Under the pieces are notes generated by a model. That model saw only the letters and a list, made by a program, of their open reading frames with translations, did not search any database and had not been told where the DNA came from. The position numbers and the translations under genes are program-made. Shown here piece by piece: positions 38,351 to 51,090 of a stretch of 64,000 nucleotides of DNA (position 1 is its first letter; every line of letters starts with the position of its first letter). This stretch comes from Vicugna vicugna (lineage: Eukaryota), in contig MU058198.1 in assembly GCA_013265495.1 (NCBI GenBank), positions 5,657,779-5,721,778 of the forward strand, in the 5' to 3' direction.

Positions 38351-38527
38351 TTGTATGTGTCAGTGTGGGGTCTTCGTTTTCATTTTCGTGATCTAGCTCC
38401 CAGTTCATTATCTTAACAATATGGTGTAGTTGGTATCAGTCTCTCACTACGAACTCCATTTTATGTATGGGGAAACTGAGGCACAGAAAGGCTAACACTG
38501 TGCAAATTAGTGGCAGGGCTGGGATTT

Positions 38528-38937
38528 TTTTATTATATATATTTTTAATTGAAGTATAATCAGTTTACAATGTGTCAATTTCTGCTACACGGCATAATGC
38601 TTCAGTCATACATGAACATACATGTATTTGTCTTCATATTCTTTTTCACCATAAGTTACTACAAGATATTGAATATAGTTCCCTGTGCTATACAGTATGA
38701 ACTTGTTGCTCATCTGCTTTATATATATTAGTATCTGCAAATCTCGAACTCCCAATTAATCCATTCGCACCTCCTTCCCTCCTGGTAACCATAAGTCTGT
38801 TTTCTATGTCTGTGAGTCTGTTTCTGTTTTGTAAATAAGTTTGTATGTCCTTTTTTTTTTTAGAGTCCACATATAAGTGATATCATGTCATATTCTTCTT
38901 TCTCTTCCCGGCTTACTTCACTTAGAAGGACAATCTC
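38528..38937 (-). mobile_element. Lineage-specific (camelid-like) L1 3' end inserted into a MIR
   Basis: TSD CAGGGCTGGGATTT (38514-38527) / CAGGGCTAGGATTT (38938-38951); cetartiodactyl L1 3' UTR motifs; MIR halves on both sides. Confidence 0.88.
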
Positions 38938-39969
38938 CAGGGCTAGGATTTGAACCCAGGCCATCTGGCCCCAGATCCAGGCTCTTAACCAGGATCTCTA
39001 CCTCCTTCTCTCTGTTTTGGACTCACTGGGCCCCCAGCATACCCATGCAACAGGCCACACCCAAACACAGAGCCCCCAGCCAGCTGTTTCTTGTCACAGG
39101 CCCCTGAATATAATGCCTCCCACTTGTGTCTCCCTGAGGGGAGGTGCCACTCCCCCCCCACCCCGCTCTGTATCCTCGAGGCCCCGTCTGTGTCAGAGGC
39201 ATCGATGACTGCTGAATGAATGAATGAGTGGGCAAGCAAGCAAAGGACGCAGGGCTGAACCAGAGGAAGAGAGCTGGGTCCTCCACAGCCTGTTCTCCAG
39301 CGACTACAGCCCACTGTCCAAAAACAAATGTAGCTCAGCATCAAACGTTAAATACTGCTCGGTGTGTGCGCCCCAGCCCCCAGGACAGCTCCATCCTTCT
39401 CCTACTGTCTGCACGGTGGGAACGTCTCAGCCCACCCCGGCACTGGGGACACAGCCAGCACTTGAAGTGAGGACCATTTTTCAAGCGGGCATGGTGATTT
39501 TTCCTTCCCTGTCCACGGGCCCAGCGTTTGGGGTGCCACGGGGTTGGAATGATGGGTTGGCTGCAGGCGCTGGCTCCTGAATTATTAACTGGGCTGGGGA
39601 GAGAGTTGCTTACAAATGCTGTCTGTCCGGCAGACCGCGGCAGCCCTCAGACTTCAAACAGGCCTGGAGCGGGCAGGCAAGAAAGGCTGGTGGGCCTCAC
39701 ATGCTGACCAAGCCAGGGACCTCTCTTCCCCAGTGCTCCCTTGGCCTCCAGCCGCTGGCTCCGCCCAGAAGGAGGTCATCTTTCATTCTTTCTTCACACC
39801 ATACTGCCTGTTCTGTTGGATTCAAGCTCCTGACCTCTCCTCGGCTGCCCACTCCAAAACCAGTGGGTAAAGTGGACGGAGTCTGGTGATTATGATTCTG
39901 AGCCATGAGCTTGCTGGGTGAGCCTGATTCTCAGTCCACGGCTCATCATGGGCAGGGAGGGGGAGTAGG

Positions 39970-41200
39970 GTGTCAGAGGCTGGGTCCCCTAGAAGCAGAG
40001 CCTGGGATGGGGGTTCCTGTGAGAGTCATGTTAGAGGTGTTCCAAGGAGAAGGGGAGAGGGAAGCAGGCTGAGGAAGGGAAGGCTCTAGAAACTGGTCTC
40101 AGGCTGGTCCCATGGCAGTGGAAGGCTTTGGGGACAGGTTGTCCATGGCAACTCAGACCTGGTCTCACCTTCAAAGGGAGAGGGCCCTCCACATCCCCAT
40201 GCCCTGGGTGAGGGAACATAACCCACTGGGTGGAATAGCTCCCATCCAAGTAAGAGCAATTCTCCAGAGAAGGGGCATCTGGGAGTCACTAGTGGCAACA
40301 CCAGGCAGGTAGTCAGGCTGCTGTGGCTCCAGACAGTGGTCAGGAGCACAGCTCCTCCCAGATCTCCATTCTACCATCCTTAGGATGAGATGCTCGTGCT
40401 CATGGTCCAAGATGGCTGCCCAAGCTCCATCAACACATCTCCATTCAACACAACAAGAACAGCAGGGGGAGGAAGGAGGGAAGAAAAGCTTGGCCCTTCT
40501 TTTTTTTAAAGGCTTCTGAAAAATCCTATACAACAGGTTGTACCTAGCTAGAAAGGAGGTGAGGAAATTTGGTCTTTATTCTCGGCTGCAAGCTGTAGAA
40601 ATAAAACTGACTTTCTGTTACTAATAAGGGAGGACGGAATGGAGACTGAGGTAGATACTGCCCCTAATCCATTCTCCGCACAGAAACCAAAGGGAAATTT
40701 TGACCTTCTAAAATCACCCTTTCACTTAAGATCTTTGTGGTGGCTACCAAAAATGCCCCAATACTTAGCAAATTCTCCCAGAAGAGGAGAAGTCTTTCTC
40801 CCCAGCGCCTGAATCTGGGATGATCATGTGATCTGCTTTGACCAACAGAAAGGGATGCTCTGCGGCTCCAAGTCTAGGCCTTCAGGGGCCGTGCAGCTTC
40901 TGCTCACCCACACTCCACTCTCCGCAGCCATCACACAAACACGCTGGTCCAGCCTGTCACGTGAGGAAAGAGTCTCCAAGCCCCCCAGCCATTCCCGTCA
41001 AGGCCATCATAAACCACTCTGCCCCACACGACCCACCAGCTGACCACGGATGCAGGAACAAGTCCAGCCCAGATCAGCTGAGCCTGACCGAGACCAGAAC
41101 TCCCACCCACTGAGCCGAGCCCAAACTGCTTACCTTCAGGCTCCCAAGCTTAACAAGAGGTTGGGGATAGTTTGTTACACAGCTAACGCTAATTGCTAAT
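39970..41200. mobile_element. LTR cluster: LTR16C-like (minus, about 39970-40340), old MLT fragment, MLT1G/H-like (plus, about 40736-41200)
   Basis: 'gggtcccctagaagcagagcctgggatgggg'; 'tgtggtggctaccaaaaatgcccc...atctgctttgaccaacagaa...ggggatagtttgttacacagc'. Confidence 0.6.
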
Positions 41201-41209
41201 GCTCTAATC

Positions 41210-41750
41210 TCCTCCCCTTGCTCTCAGGACAAAGAACCGAACTCCCCCCACGGCCACCACAGGCCTGGCCCCTGCTGACCACTCTAGCCTCAGTGCAAAC
41301 TGCGTTCTTCTCTGTGGTGCCTTCACTTCCTGAGACCCCCTGCCCTGAGCCCCAGCACCCGTGCGTCCTGCATCCAGACTATTCTCTGCCCCGCTACTCG
41401 GTTCCCACCCACTCTTTCTTCTGAGTCAGCTCACATGCCACTCCGCTGGGGGAGGCTCCCTGAGCCCCCCTGCCCAGATCTGATGCTCCTGGTACACACT
41501 CTCAAGCCGCCGTGCCCCTCCCCCCATAGCACTTCATTACAGTCATAACTCTACACTTCTTGGCGTGATTCTTTGATTAAAATCTGCCTTGGATTCCACG
41601 AGGGCAGGGACTGGGTCTTTTGTGCTCACTGTTGTGTCCCCAGAGCCCAGAATAGCCTTTTCACAGTTGGTACGTCCTTGGGTCCCCAGCACCTAGAGCC
41701 ATGCCTGCACACAGTAGATGCTCCATACATACTTTTGAATGAATGACTTC
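41210..41750 (+). mobile_element. L2 3' region
   Basis: 'ttccacgagggcagggactgggtc...cccagcacctagagccatgcctgcacacagtagatgctccatacatacttttgaatgaatga'. Confidence 0.75.
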
Positions 41751-43649
41751 AATCCGAGCGTGGCAAGGCCAGCCAATAGAAACTCATCAGACCTTGACTG
41801 TGATATTAGTTTTTAAAACACGAAAGGCGTGTTTTAACACTTGAAAGTGTTGCACACGCATGCACGTGCACACACGCACACACCAGGTCTGGCAAGGTCA
41901 TGACAGTGACCATTGACAGACTTACCTCTTGGGCTCATGGGAGTCCCTAAGGTCACTTGCTCTCCTCAATGGATTGTCAGCTGTGGTTTATGAAAACTTG
42001 CCTGGAATCCCTTTCTTTCTGATGGAAATCCTTCACTTCCATATCACATTAAGCAGCATGAGCAGGGGGTGGCCTCATTCTAATCCTGGAAGCCACAGTG
42101 ACCTAGAGAGTGGACTGGCTCTGCATGCCTGAGCTCAGCTCTGCCACACACTTGCTCTATGCCTTGAACGTGCACCCTAACCTCTCTAACCCCTGTGTGT
42201 CCTCATCTGTAAAACGGGAGGAAGCAGTACCTCCAGGGTCATTTGTGCCAAGCGCATCTGGCTCAGTGAACACAGTAGGCCTTCAATAGAAGGCAACCAT
42301 CGTTGCAGTGGATTCAGACAGCTCCCAGCTCAGGGTGTGTCCAACTAGTTTACCTGTCTTTCTGCCCACCCAACCCCTACTGCCCCAGCTCCAGCCCCAG
42401 CCCTCAGCTCAGGGCCTGGCACAAAGCAGATGGTGGTAAATGTTTGTTGAATGAAGAAATGAGAACTTGAAGAGGAAAGCGGGAATTCAACTCATTCAGC
42501 CTTCACTGGGTGCCGAGCCCTGGGCTAGATGGCAGAGAATCCAATCAGAGGGAGACCACTTATGCCTTTGGGGTGCTCACAGCCTGGCCAGAAGTCAGAA
42601 GGCATCATCCCTTAGATTTCACTTAAAGATCCAAGTTGCCAGCTGCCTGAGATCTGGTCACACTAGGCCCCATTCTCACCTGGCAACAAGCAACTGGAGC
42701 TGAGGTCGCCCTGCTCCAAACTTATTTTTCACTTGGCATAGGCCTTTGAGTCCCTGGGTTAGAAGGAGAGGTAGATGGGTGAACAGTGCAGCAAAAGAGA
42801 TGATAGAGCTGGAGGTGGCAGGAGGCCCTCCCTCAGTCTGGGAGGACGGGGAGGCAGCTAAAAGGGGACAGGCTATTTCCACTCGGACCACGCAGTGACA
42901 ACCGGCTAGGTCAGTTGCCTTCCCTGGCTTTAGTTTACTCCAGAGGTACACTCTGGGGTATAGATCTTCCTGGGAACAGAGGCCTCAGTGGATGCTTGAA
43001 GTTCCCTCCATTCCTTGGATTTCAAAGCATCCTAGTCAGTTCAAAGATGGTAGGACTGCTATTCAGAGAGGGACAGAATTTATCAATGGTCACACAGCAA
43101 TGTGTAGGCACAAGTGTGATGACCAAACCAAATCAAAATTCTTCTTTGTTTTTGGCTCGTATTTACTTTCCCAGATGCCCCTCCCCTCACCGAGGGGTCA
43201 GGAAAAAGTCAAGGTGATAGGGCTGGGGGCTGTCGTGGGGAGGACAGACACAGAAGGTATTTTCTTTTCTAGGTCTTTGTGGGCACTGGCCTCATGAATT
43301 ATTCATCAGGAAATCTGCTTGAGGTACTGTCTTAGTCTTAATTTTCAATTCCCCTAATGCCGGCCAATTCTCTGCTGAAAACCTCTCAATTATTAATGTT
43401 TCTAAAACAATATTTGTTTTCTCTGCATCAAGCAACAAGCCAAGGCCTCGTAGCTAGTGATCCTGCCCTGAAATTCCCAGAGAGAGGCTGGACTTGCTGG
43501 TGAGGCATTTCTAAGGGGTCAGGGGTGTGTCTGGCGGCAGCAACAGCCAGACGGAGACCATTAAGCCCATGCAGAGAACAGGTACTTAAAGATTTCCCTG
43601 TTATCAGTAACTCCCAGGACAAAAGAAACTATAATAAAAGCAAAAACAA

Positions 43650-43870
43650 TTACTATGTATTGGTCTCATGTGCCAAGAGCAAAGCTGAACACTTTAATTT
43701 TACTTAAGTCTTACAAACACTCCACAGGGTAATGTTTCTCATTCCCATTTTACAGATGAGGAAACTGAGGCTCAGCGAGGCCCGTGGTTCTACAGCTCAC
43801 AGCTCAGGAGAATGGGATTTGGACTCAAGTGGATATGACTCCATGGCCAGTACATTCTCCATCCTGACCC
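43650..43870 (-). mobile_element. MIR SINE
   Basis: 'attcccattttacagatgaggaaactgaggctcagcgagg'. Confidence 0.8.
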
Positions 43871-44959
43871 AATGATGCCAGCTGGGATTTCTATTATGTA
43901 CAACAAAGAACTTTCTGGAAGCAAATTACGTTACTCTCAAAGAGTGTTTGGAATAAGACACTGATGGAAGGGAGATATGGATACGATGAAATTCTGGAGG
44001 TAGGCAGTAGAATTGGGGGGATATCACTGGAGTCCCCATAAGGACTGCTCTCCTTCATGTAATACAATCTAGCACCCACGACATTGGTGGCAGGTGGGAG
44101 GAGGGTAGGAGACAAACTCCATAATCAGTCACAAAAGGTGCCTGTGTGCCACCTTGAACACTCAGACTCAGTCACAGACAGAGGGTATGGTGATGGTGCT
44201 GGAGCTTGGCCAGATAGAGGACCCAGGCTTCAGAACCAGACCAGTCTGGGAGCATAGCCCCAGCTGAACCACTCTTTATCCTCTCTGCACCTCACTTTGC
44301 CACATCTGTGAAATGGGATAATGCCAGCCTCTCCCCTACAGGGTCATGTGTGCCACATCTGAGATAATGCCCTTGATGAGCCTGGCACACAGCGAGAGAC
44401 CAACGAAGGCCAGCCTCCCTTCCCTTCTGCTCGGCTCAGCAAGAGGCTGACATTTTCAAAAAGACTTGCTCAAGTAAGAGAGAAAGACATAAAGGAAGTA
44501 GGGAAAATATCTCTTTTTCAAGGCTTTTTAGTTGCAAGGGGAAAAATCCACTCAGAAGGGTTGAGGCAAAAGGGGAAGGTGATGGAGAAAAGGAGCTGCT
44601 TACTGATGACAGAGCGGTCTCTCACAGACACAGGACACAGAGCCAGGTCCAGCAGAGCCTCACGGGCCAGAAGCACTGCTTCTTCTCCAGAACTCCAGTG
44701 TCTCCTGTTCCTGTCCCTTCCTGCATTTGTTTCCCTCTCCTCTCTCTCAAAACTGGTTTCTTGGCTTTTCTGTGGATAAAGATGGACACCTCATGGGCAT
44801 CACTTAAGTCTCAGTTCCAAATTCTAACTGGCCCTGCATAATGTCAGATATCCATCCTGGGCCAATCAGATATGGTCGGGAGGGAAGGGAGTGGCTTAGT
44901 AGAAACACTGAGACTGAGGCTTCTGTCATCAGGGGAACATAACTTAAAAGCACACTAAG

Positions 44960-45627
44960 AATCCACTATACCTACCAGAATGGCTGAAATTAATAGCCTG
45001 ACAATACCAAATGGTGGCAAGACTCTGCAGCAACTGGGAACTCTCATATGCTGCTAGTGGGAGTGGGAAATGACACATTCACTTTGGAAAACTGTTCAGT
45101 AGTATCTGCCAAAGCTAAATATATCTCTACCCTTTGACCCAGCAATTCCACTCCTCGGTATATACCCAAGAGAAATGATTGCTACAACCACCATAAGGAA
45201 CATACAAAAATATCATAGTTCCAGCTGGAAAATGTTCATAACTCCAAACTGGGGGAAAAAAACATATATCCACAAACAGTAAAATAAATTGTGGTAGCAG
45301 TGAAAAAAGAAAAGAACTATTGGTACACATAACAACATCGATGAATCTCACAGGTATAACATTTAGCAAAAGAAGCCATACACACAAGAGTACAAAATAC
45401 AGGACTCTGTTTACCAAAAATCTTACCCATGGTGATAGAGAATATAGTATGGGTTATCTTTGGGGAGTATTAACTGGGAGAGGGCATAAGGGAAACTTCT
45501 GGGATGTTATAAATGCTCTATATCTTTTTCTTGTGATGGTTATATTTTAAAATACCATGAGGCTAAACACTTAAGATTAGTGCCCTTTACTATATGTAAG
45601 TAAGTCCTCAATAAAAAAGAAGAAAAA
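44960..45627 (+). mobile_element. Old L1 (L1ME-like) 3' end
   Basis: 'accagaatggctgaaatt...ctttgacccagcaattccactcctcggtatatacccaagagaaatg...cctcaataaaaaag'. Confidence 0.82.
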
Positions 45628-45759
45628 TGCGTATTTCTATAACACATAGAAATATAGAATCAACTACATAACCACCGCATCAAATACACAGTCAACTTTG
45701 TCTGAAATAGAGATAAGCATGGGATATATATACACATATATACATATATATTTTCTATC

Positions 45760-48700
45760 CTTCACTTGAACTGATAGAATATTGACAACAGTAGACTGTA
45801 AAAAATGACATATATATAATATATACCCAGAGAAACCACTAAAAAAAATACACTCAAAAATATAGATTAATCAAGATGGACTTCTAAAAATTGTTCAAGT
45901 AACCTATGGGAAGGCAGGAAAAAGAAAACAGAGAAATTAAAAAAACAGAGAGAACAAACAGAAAACAAAAAATAAAAAGGCAAACTTCAGCCTTAAAGTA
46001 TCAGTAATTACATTAAATATAAGTAGCCTAAATACATCAATTAAAAGGCAGAGTTTGGAAGGGTGACCTAACTACATACATGCTCTCTATGAGCAACTCC
46101 CTTCAAATATAACAATACAGGTAGGTTAAAAGTAAAAGAATGGGAAGACATGTATCCTGAAAACCTTAACCAAAAAAGCAAGATACATCAATGTCAGATA
46201 AAGTATACTTTAGAGCAAAAATAATTACCAGAGACAGGAATACCACACAAAGATAAAAGAGTCAATCTACCATGAAGACATAACAATCCTAGATGTGTAT
46301 GCACCAAACAACAGAGTTACAAAATATATGCAGCAAAAACTGATAGAACTGAAAAGAGAAATACACATATACAGACACAGTTGTAGGCATCAATAGCCCC
46401 TCTCAACAACTGATAAAACAACTAGCCATAAAATCAACAGAGATATAGAGGAATTCAACAATACCATCGACCAGCAGAATTTAGTTGACATTTACAAAAC
46501 ACTTCACCCAACATCAAGATAATACACATTATTTTCAAGCATTCATCAAATATATGCCCAAATAAATCATATCCTAGGCTCTCAAACAAACCTCAATAAA
46601 TTTAAAAGAATTTAAATCATCCAGAGTATGTTCTCTGACTGTAATGTAAGCAAATTAGAAATCAGTAACAGAAAACAGCAAAATTCCCAAGCTTTTAGAA
46701 ACAAATCAACATACTATTAAATAACCCATGAGTCAAAGGGGAAGTCTCAAGGAAAATTTTAAAATATATTGAACTGAATGAAAATAAAAACACAATATAA
46801 CAAAATTTTTGGACACAAAAAATGTTGAGAGAATTTATAGCACTAAATGCTTACATGAAAAAAGAATAAAATTCTCAAAAACTAATCTAAACTACCATCT
46901 CAAGAACCTAGGAAAGAAAGAGCAACATAAACCCAAAGAAAGCAGAAGAAATATAAAAACAAAAATCAACAAAGTTGAAAACAGAAAAACAATAGAGAAA
47001 ATCAATAAAAACAAAAAGCTGGTTCTTAAAAAAAACCAATAAAATGAACAAACTTCCAGGTATACTGACAAAAACAAAAAGAGAGAGGATACAAGTTGCT
47101 AATATCAGGAATGAAACAGAGATATCACTATAGACCCTCCAAACATCAAAAGGACAATAATAAAGGAATACCACAAACAATACACACAATCTACACACAC
47201 ACATTTGGTAACTTAAATAAAATAATAACTTAAAATAAAATTCCTTGAAAAATACAATTTCCCTAAAATGAAATAGGTAAATTGAATAGACCTGGAATTA
47301 TTAAGAAAAGTGAATTTATAATTTTTAAATTCCTCTAAAGAAGTCTCCAGGCCCAAATGGTTTCACTGGAGAATTTTATCAAATATTTAAAGAAAAAGTA
47401 TAAGAGATTCTACACAATCTCTTCCAGAAAATATAAGAGAAGGCACTTCCAGTTCATTTTATAAAGCTATTATTTCACCGACACCAATATCATACAAAGA
47501 GAGTACAAGAAAAAGAGCACTACAGATCGATATTCCTCATGAAAAGAGAGAAAAAATCCTTAGTAAAATATTAGCAAATAGAATTCAACAATACAGAATT
47601 CAGCAATATATAAAAAGGGCACATCTTGACCAAGTATAGTTTATTCCAGGTATGCAGGGCATATTCAACATCTGAAAATCAGTCAACATAATTCATATTA
47701 ACAGGCTAACAGAGAAATCACATGGCCATATCAAATGATAAAGAAAAAGGATTTGACAAAATCCAACACTCATTCATGATTTGTTTAAAAAAAATTCTCA
47801 TAAAACTAGAAATAAAGAGGAATTTCCTCAACTTGATAAAGAGCATCTACAAAAAAAATTATAGCTAACACTATACTTAATGATGTATAAGGTCTGGAAA
47901 ATGTCAAGGATGTACACTTTCACCACTCTTACTCAACATAGTGCTAAAATTCCTAGCAAGTGCAGTTAGGCAAGAAAAGGAAATAAAATGCATTTAGATC
48001 AGAAAGAAGAAATAAAACAGCTCCTATTTGCAGATGACATGATTGTCCACATGGAAAATATCAAGAAATCTTAAAAAAAAAAAAAGGAAAAAGAAAAAAA
48101 TCCTAAACCAATAGGTAAGGTTAGCTAGTTTGCAGGACACAAGATAAACATACAAAAATCTATCGCACTTCTGTATACTAATAATGAACATACAGACACT
48201 GAAATTAAAAAATACATTACCATTTACAATTGCCTCTCCCCCCAAAATGAAATACTTAAATCTTATAAAATACATATAGGACTTTTATGCTGAAAACAAC
48301 AAAATGCTGATGAAAGAAATCGAAGATATAAATAAATGGAGAGAAATACCATTTTCATGAATTGGAAGAACTCAATGTAGAAGAAATGATATCAAAATCT
48401 CAGAAGAAGTTTTTTGGAGATGTAGACAAGATTAGGCTAAAATTGAAATGGAAGAACAAAGGAAATAGAATAGCTCAAAAAATTTTGAAAAATAAGAATG
48501 AAGTGGGAGGAATAAGTCTACCTAATCTCATGCTTTATTATATAGGGAGAGTAGTCAAGATCCTGTGATATTAATAGAGGAAAGATAACAGAATCTGTAA
48601 GAAGAAAAAAGTGACAAATTGAACTTCATAAAAATTAAAAATTTTTCCTCTGTGAAAGATTCTGTTAAACAATGAAAAGGTAAGCTACAAATTGGGAGAA

Positions 48701-49635
48701 AACATCTGCAAACCACATATGCAACAGAGGACTAGTATCTGAAATATATAAAAGATTATCAAACCCAATAATAAAAAAATAAATAATCCAATTAGGAAAA
48801 GGGTAAAAGACATAAACAGAAATTCTACCAGAGAGGATGTACAGATGGCAAATAAACCATGAAAAGATGTTTCAACATCATTGGCCATTAGAGAAATGCA
48901 TATTAAAATCAGAAGACTACATACCTGTCTGATTGGCTAAAATAGAAATTAGTGACAAAACCAAATACTGGCAAGGATGTGGAGAATTTGGACCAATCAT
49001 ACATTGTGGGTGGAAACAAAATGGTACAGCCACCCTGAAAAAGTTTGATAGTTATTTATAAAAATAAACATGCGACTACCAGATGACCCAGCAGTTGTAC
49101 TCCTGGGCATTTATCCTAGAAAACTGAAAATGTGTGGTCTCATGAAACTCTGTACACAAATGTTCAGAGCAGCTTTGTTCATAGTAGTGAAACAGTCCAG
49201 ATGTCCTTCAACCAGTAAATGCATAAACAAACTGTGGTACATCCATACAGTGGAATACTACTCGGCAACAAAAAGGAATAAACTATTGATACATGTAACA
49301 ATTCAGGTGGAATCTTGAGTATTACGTTGAGTGAAAAAAAAAGCTCAAAAGGTTACATACTGTGTGGTTCCATTTATATAACATTCTTGAAATGATAAAA
49401 TTATAGAAACAAAGAACAGATTAGTGGTAGCCAGCAAAAGAGCAATACAAGAGATCCTCGTGGTAACTGAAATGTTCTATATCTGGACCAAATTAGTGCC
49501 AGTGCTCCAGTTGTGATTTGTACTGTGGTTAAGGAAGTTATTGCCACTGGGGGAACCTGGGCCCTCTGTATTATTTCTCATACTTGTGTGTGAATCTACA
49601 ATTATCTCCAAATGAAAGGTTAATTTAACTTTTTT
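45760..49635 (+). mobile_element. Long decayed L1 (L1MD-like): endonuclease, RT and 3' UTR, with internal deletion
   Basis: EN-region 'acaatcctagatgtgtatgcaccaaacaacagag'; 'tctccaggcccaaatggtttcactggagaattttatc'; RT 'ctatttgcagatgacatgattgtc' (LFADDMIV) at about 48024; 3' UTR 'ctctgtattatttctc...gtgaatctacaattatctc'; many stops and frameshifts. Confidence 0.93.
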
Positions 49636-49935
49636 AATCACAGGAAACAAAAACCCTCTAAACTCCCCTACCTCACCCAAGGTCTGGCCCTGGCATGAAC
49701 TTTACTAGACCCAGTTTAAGATCTCTTTCTCATAATTTTGGCAAATTGGCCATTAGAAGGATGGCTGATTTTTGGTAAACTGTTTTTGATGACTTGGCTT
49801 TGAATGAACTGAACTATACTCCAGTTACTCAGGGGTAGGAGGAAAGGGGCTGGGGATATAAATTAGGACTGGACAATACCAGGCTTCAGAAGCCATTTAG
49901 AGGAATCTGGACACTGTCCTCGGGACAATGAGGCA

Positions 49936-50288
49936 TGTATTAGTCAGCTCAAGCTGGCTTAAACAACAGAAATTTATGTTCTCGAGGCTTGAAGTCTGAA
50001 ATCAAGGTGTCAGCAGAGTTGGTTTCTTCGGAGTCCTCTCTCTTTGGCTCGTAAATGGCTGTCTTCTCCTTGTGTTCTCACATGGTCCTTCCTCTGTGTG
50101 TGTCTGTGTCCTAATCTCTTCTGATTAGAGATACCAGTCATATCGGATCAGGGCCCCCTTCCAGTGACCTCATTTTAACTTTCCCCCTTCAAAGAGGGTA
50201 TTCCCCAGTACAGTCCCATTCTGAGCTACTGGGGATTAGAAACTCAGCTTATGCATTCGGGAGAAAGGAATGTAATTCAGCCCACAAC
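49936..50288 (-). mobile_element. MLT1B-like LTR
   Basis: 'tgtattagtcag...ggcttaaacaacagaaatttat...aatcaaggtgtcagcagagttggtttctt...gtgacctcattttaact...aattcagcccacaac'. Confidence 0.85.
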
Positions 50289-50505
50289 CGGGAGTTATTG
50301 AACAGCTAAAACACAGGGTTGGTGAGGTGGTTCACAACTGTGTTATTTGTGCTGCCCTCTGGCTTCAGTGTGGAAAACGGATAGAACGTAAGAGGAAGAC
50401 AGGAAGTCTGGTCAGGCAGCTGTCACCACCATCGAGGTAAAAGAAGACAAGGGTGTTCACTTAGGTAGAAGCACTGGACATGGGGAGAAGTTTACAAATC
50501 CAAGG

Positions 50506-50845
50506 TGCCTTAGTTAGGGCTCCCCTAAAAGCAGACTACAGACAAGGAGCTGGATGCAGGCAGGTTATTTGGGAGGTGAACTCAGGAAGTACCATGAGGA
50601 AGAAGGGAGAGTGAGGCAAGAAAGGGAGATGGACTTATAAAGGGTACGTACGCCAAGAGCAAATTACCCCATTGGGCACCTGGAGCTCAGTCCCACTGGG
50701 GACCATCTGAAGAATCAAGTAGAGCTGACAGAGGAGTCAGAATTGGCCCAGTGGAGGACAGGGAACCTGAGGAATTTATCCATTAACTCTCATCTCCCAT
50801 TGACTAGAAGTGACCCCCAGAGGTCTTGATTCCCCAACACATCTA
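50506..50845 (-). mobile_element. LTR16C-like LTR
   Basis: 'tgccttagttagggctcccctaaaagcagac...ttatttgggaggtgaactcaggaag...ggagctcagtcccactggggacc'. Confidence 0.7.
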
Positions 50846-50879
50846 AGTAGTATGTACACACAGCCTAGTGACCTGTGGA

Positions 50880-51090
50880 GGCTTTAGAGAACTTCCTGTG
50901 ACAAGGGAAATGTTTTACATTTGTGCTGTCCAATATGGTAGCCACTGGCCAGACACCTGTGGCCACTCAGCACTTGAAGTGTGGCCGGTGTGACTGAGGA
51001 ACTGAACATTGAATTCTACTTAATTTCAATGAGCTTAAATTTACATATTCATATATGGGAGTGGCTGCCATACTGCATAGCACAGCTCTG
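50880..51090. mobile_element. MER3 hAT-Charlie element
   Basis: 'gtgctgtccaatatggtagccactggcc...agcacttgaagtgtggccggtgtgactgaggaactgaa'. Confidence 0.85.
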
